From: Oikopleura dioica
Lineage: Eukaryota; Animalia; Chordata
Assembly (NCBI GenBank): GCA_907165135.1
Contig: OU015567.1
Span: 13,888,001 to 13,952,000, forward strand
Reading direction: 5' to 3'
Length of the DNA: 64,000 bases
Both the position numbers and the translations under genes were made by a program. Of this stretch, positions 62,101-64,000 are shown piece after piece (position 1 is the stretch's first letter; each line of letters opens with the position of its first letter). The notes under the pieces were generated by a model, which was given only the letters and a program-made list of their open reading frames with translations, searched no databases and was not told the DNA's origin.

Positions 62101-62746
62101 TGGATCGCAATCCTTCGCTCATAATGTTCGCCATCTTTTCTTTGCTCTCGGGGCTGAGCAAATCGCTGTAAAACCATGGCAATTTATTCTCAATGTTGAA
62201 GGAAGATGACGAGTCAGCTCCATTGCTAACGAGAATTTCAGCCAACCCATGTTGTCCGTACTAAAAAATGATCAAAACAAAGAAGATAGAGGGTGATCTT
62301 ACTTTTGCTGCATAATGTAGCGGCGTTTCTCGACGGTCATCAGTCGCATTTACACTGACGCCTTTGTTAATCAATTCCCTTGCTACTGAACACATCTGAC
62401 TGGAAGTCATCTTCGACAGAGAAACTTCGTGCAAATATCTAAACAATTGCGTGTCAAAATCTAGAGCTTTAAAGCTAGCTTACGACGTAAGCCTTACGTT
62501 CTACTGTGATCACCACGATCTGCTACGCTGAAACGGTCGCTTTTCAAAAAGGGCATGACGGCTTCGTAGTCGCTTGCTTGTATCGCATCTCTCAACGATA
62601 CGTACGGGCGGTTTGGAAACTCTTGTTCGACCTGCTCAAGAACGCTCACGAAAAAAGCAGAATTGTACGATTCAAACCTGTCTTTCTTCAGGTCCAAACA
62701 GCCCTTCTTTTTCAGCATGATTGACGACTTCGTCCAACTCACTCAT
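59172..62746 (-). CDS. Ankyrin-repeat protein with a low-complexity middle and C-terminal coiled coil (one gene inferred, possibly two)
   Basis: Ankyrin motifs RETPLHYAAK, GNTFLHLAV, ALHCAASQG, GCTPLIL, GNTALHHAA; intervening exons appear contiguous through short introns; stop 59172. Confidence 0.75.
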
Positions 62747-62810
62747 TCGATTGAAATTTTTCTCGAAACAATCTTAACAATATAGAACTCGCAAAAATTC
62801 GTTGAAAATC

Positions 62811-64000
62811 CTAAAGAAGCATTTTATATCTAACTTGAAAGCTCCTGAACTTTTTGTTGAGCCAAGAACAATACGGAACAAACCAGTGAAGAAATGGGTT
62901 ATGAAGTAAAAGATGATCTTCGGGTAAACTCATGCGTTCAACAGAAACTGTCGGATCGAGAACATATCGACCATTTTTGTGGTAAGTTATTTTGGTGACA
63001 AGTTCTGAAGAAGCGCCTTCTTCCAACAAGGATTGATGGAGATCAAAACAAATTAAAGAAGCTTCGCTTTCGGCTTTACAAGTGCTTGGATCATCGGGAT
63101 TAACTGACGTCGTTGTTCTGCCAAACTTGAGAATAACTCTGTCTGGGTAGTGGATGAACTTGTGGCTGGTTAGCTTGACGTTACGAACAGAAGCACCGAA
63201 GTATTGCGAGTTTATGTCGAGTATTTTCTTTCCAGCTGTAAACAAATACTCATCGTCGACATATTTTATGTCCTGCGACATAAGACCTACAAAAGAGGCG
63301 GATAACATGAGGAAAAACAACAGCAAACTACCTAAGTCCGCATCGTTTTTCTGGTATAAGGCGAAACGCAGCGCTAATGACTCGATCGCTTTTCTCTTCG
63401 CTATCGTTCTTGCTTGCAAAAGTCTACCTTCAGTAAGCCCCGTTTCACTACTTTCATCATGATTCCACCAGGGCGTGTCGTACTCGCTCAATTCAATCGC
63501 AAGCTGGCTCTGAAGATCCTTCTCGAAGTCTTCTGCGTAATTAACCTCATTTCGAATGCCAGAAAAAAGTATGATCCAGAAGACGGAACAAACAAAAATC
63601 TGGATCAAGGCGCGGGGAAACTCGTAAAACACGTAAAACGGGTCGCCTTTCTTGACGTTTGTCCAAACGGGGTTGTTTTGGACGGTGTCCATTTCGGGGA
63701 CAATGTATTTGTCGACAACAGCCGACAAGTTCACAAGTTTAACCTTCATTCCTGAAGCTTTGAATGAACACCAAATACGGGTTAAACAAAAGCTAACCTT
63801 CAATAGGGCTAAACAGCGTTTTTTCGCCACTTGAATTGAGCCCGACATGTTTTTCTTCGAGCAAAACCCAGCAATTATCATACAATCGGATGAGATCATG
63901 AAGGGCGATTTTCTCTTGACCTTTCGCGAACATATCTGTGAAAACGCGCTGCTCTCGTTTTGTCAGCTGATTGTGAAAGATCGTCCCTGGTCGGAAAAGA
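62811..64000 (-). CDS. Unknown membrane protein, 5' end at or beyond the window edge
   Basis: 362-codon ORF with two hydrophobic segments (ALIQIFVCSVFWIILFSGI; LGSLLLFFLMLSASFVGLM); a probable 46-nt GT-AG intron at ~63755-63800 suggests a different N-terminus from the ORF track. Confidence 0.7.

Overview
This is eukaryotic, highly compact, intron-rich DNA. Most introns are ~35-60 nt, genes sit ~65-450 bp apart on the same strand, several have a pyrimidine-AG acceptor just before the ATG, and one intron is clearly GA-AG. These traits fit the larvacean tunicate Oikopleura dioica or a close relative (inference; no search run). Layout: (i) 1-2.8 kb, + strand cluster of an E2F 3' part, TMEM18 and an unknown membrane protein. 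(ii) 2.8-26.6 kb, a rearranged accessory block with many non-autonomous DNA transposons carrying intact target-site duplications (hAT, Kolobok-type TTAA, Harbinger-type TTA, TA-flanked). It also holds two tandem MATH-like/J-like paralogs, a TMEM26-like gene, a secreted beta-lactamase-fold serine hydrolase whose 3' half is triplicated, a 56-bp hairpin satellite inside a hAT element, and an atypical kinase fused to a papain-like protease. (iii) 27-37 kb, a trypsin-CUB-CUB protease and small orphan ORFs. (iv) 37-64 kb, dense, mostly minus-strand housekeeping clusters: TMEM198, ETFDH, ARGLU1-like, FAM122-like, SF3A2, ZPR1, RAD23, centrin, a KH-DEAD-box helicase, NDUFA10 and an ankyrin protein. Best leads: a hAT element whose 8-bp TSD coincides exactly with the breakpoint of the tandem duplication, the kinase-papain fusion, the satellite-carrying hAT, and a GW-repeat insert in the DDX43-like helicase. 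All coordinates and splice models were read by eye and may be off by a few bases. No CRISPR array, rRNA, intact tRNA or transposase ORF was seen.
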